Origin: Hydrolagus colliei
Lineage: Eukaryota
Direction of reading: 5' to 3'
Assembly (NCBI GenBank): GCA_035084275.1
Contig: CM068756.1
Coordinates: forward strand, 2,418,001 to 2,482,000
DNA: 64,000 nucleotides
Shown here in pieces: positions 63,351-64,000 of this stretch. Position 1 is the stretch's first letter, and every line of letters starts with the position of its first letter. The position numbers and the translations under genes were made by a program. Under the pieces are notes generated by a model that ran no database searches, had not been told where the DNA came from, and saw only the letters and a list, made by a program, of their open reading frames with translations.

Positions 63351-64000
63351 CTGTGTTTTAAACTGAAGCTCCTTCTGTCTATTAAGATCCCATTGCACGG
63401 TTCGAAAAGTGAAGGTAGTTTCTTTCTCCCAGTTTTCCTAACAGTCCACATGCGGGTGGACTGATCATGGCTGCCAGATGAATTAGCTGTGTGTGGCACT
63501 TTCTTTGTGTGAAAATTGGCTACTGCGTTGTCCTACAAGTCGGTGCAGTTTCCGGCAATGTCCCACAAACAGCCATTAAGTGATCTTTGCATTTTTTTGA
63601 TATGGAAGATCGCTGGGCAGGACATTGGGGATTGTTTCAAAGGGTGTGTTCCTCTCTAGCCGTAACCCTGCACTGTTTAATTTCACCTTCTTTAACATTT
63701 CAAACCGTTGACATTAATACAAAGGATGAGACATTATCCGGCCGCCTAGCCGTTGTTCAAGATTCCGAAGCATTCCACAAACGACTGCCAACTAGAGCTG
63801 CCAAGTTTCCAGCTCAATACGGAAAGGTTGTCAGATTAAGTCGAAAAGAGATTTTAAATAGTAATTTGCTAACTTTTTTTCCCAACCCGGTGATAGCATT
63901 TAAGCCATACATTCCAGAAATTGGCAATTTGCAGTTTGTCAACAGTCTCCAAGATAGTTTATAGATAACGTAGCAGTCGATACAAACCAAAGGTCACGAA

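Overview
Vertebrate genomic DNA, AT-rich and dense in repeats. The repeat content (tRNA-head Deu-type SINEs, L2, CR1 and Penelope-like fragments) suggests a cartilaginous fish, possibly a chimaera; this is inference. The only gene I can identify is a complete 5-exon malonyl-CoA decarboxylase gene (MLYCD) on the minus strand. Its CDS is join 33167..32631, 23527..23415, 21817..21661, 18058..17906, 14555..14022 (1494 nt, 497 aa). It has GT-AG introns, an N-terminal presequence, a second in-frame Met and a C-terminal SKL. The left 7 kb appears to hold the 3' end of an unidentified, convergent plus-strand gene with two alternative last exons and a 7-nt Rbfox-flanked microexon (inferred from splice signals only). 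The rest is mostly transposon relics, including a near-intact Tigger/pogo-like MITE, nested insertions, a perfect 18-bp palindrome and a 30-bp inverted repeat pair. I found no prokaryote-type systems (CRISPR, operons). Most short ORFs in the track are repeat-derived or chance. Repeat boundaries are approximate and were read by eye.
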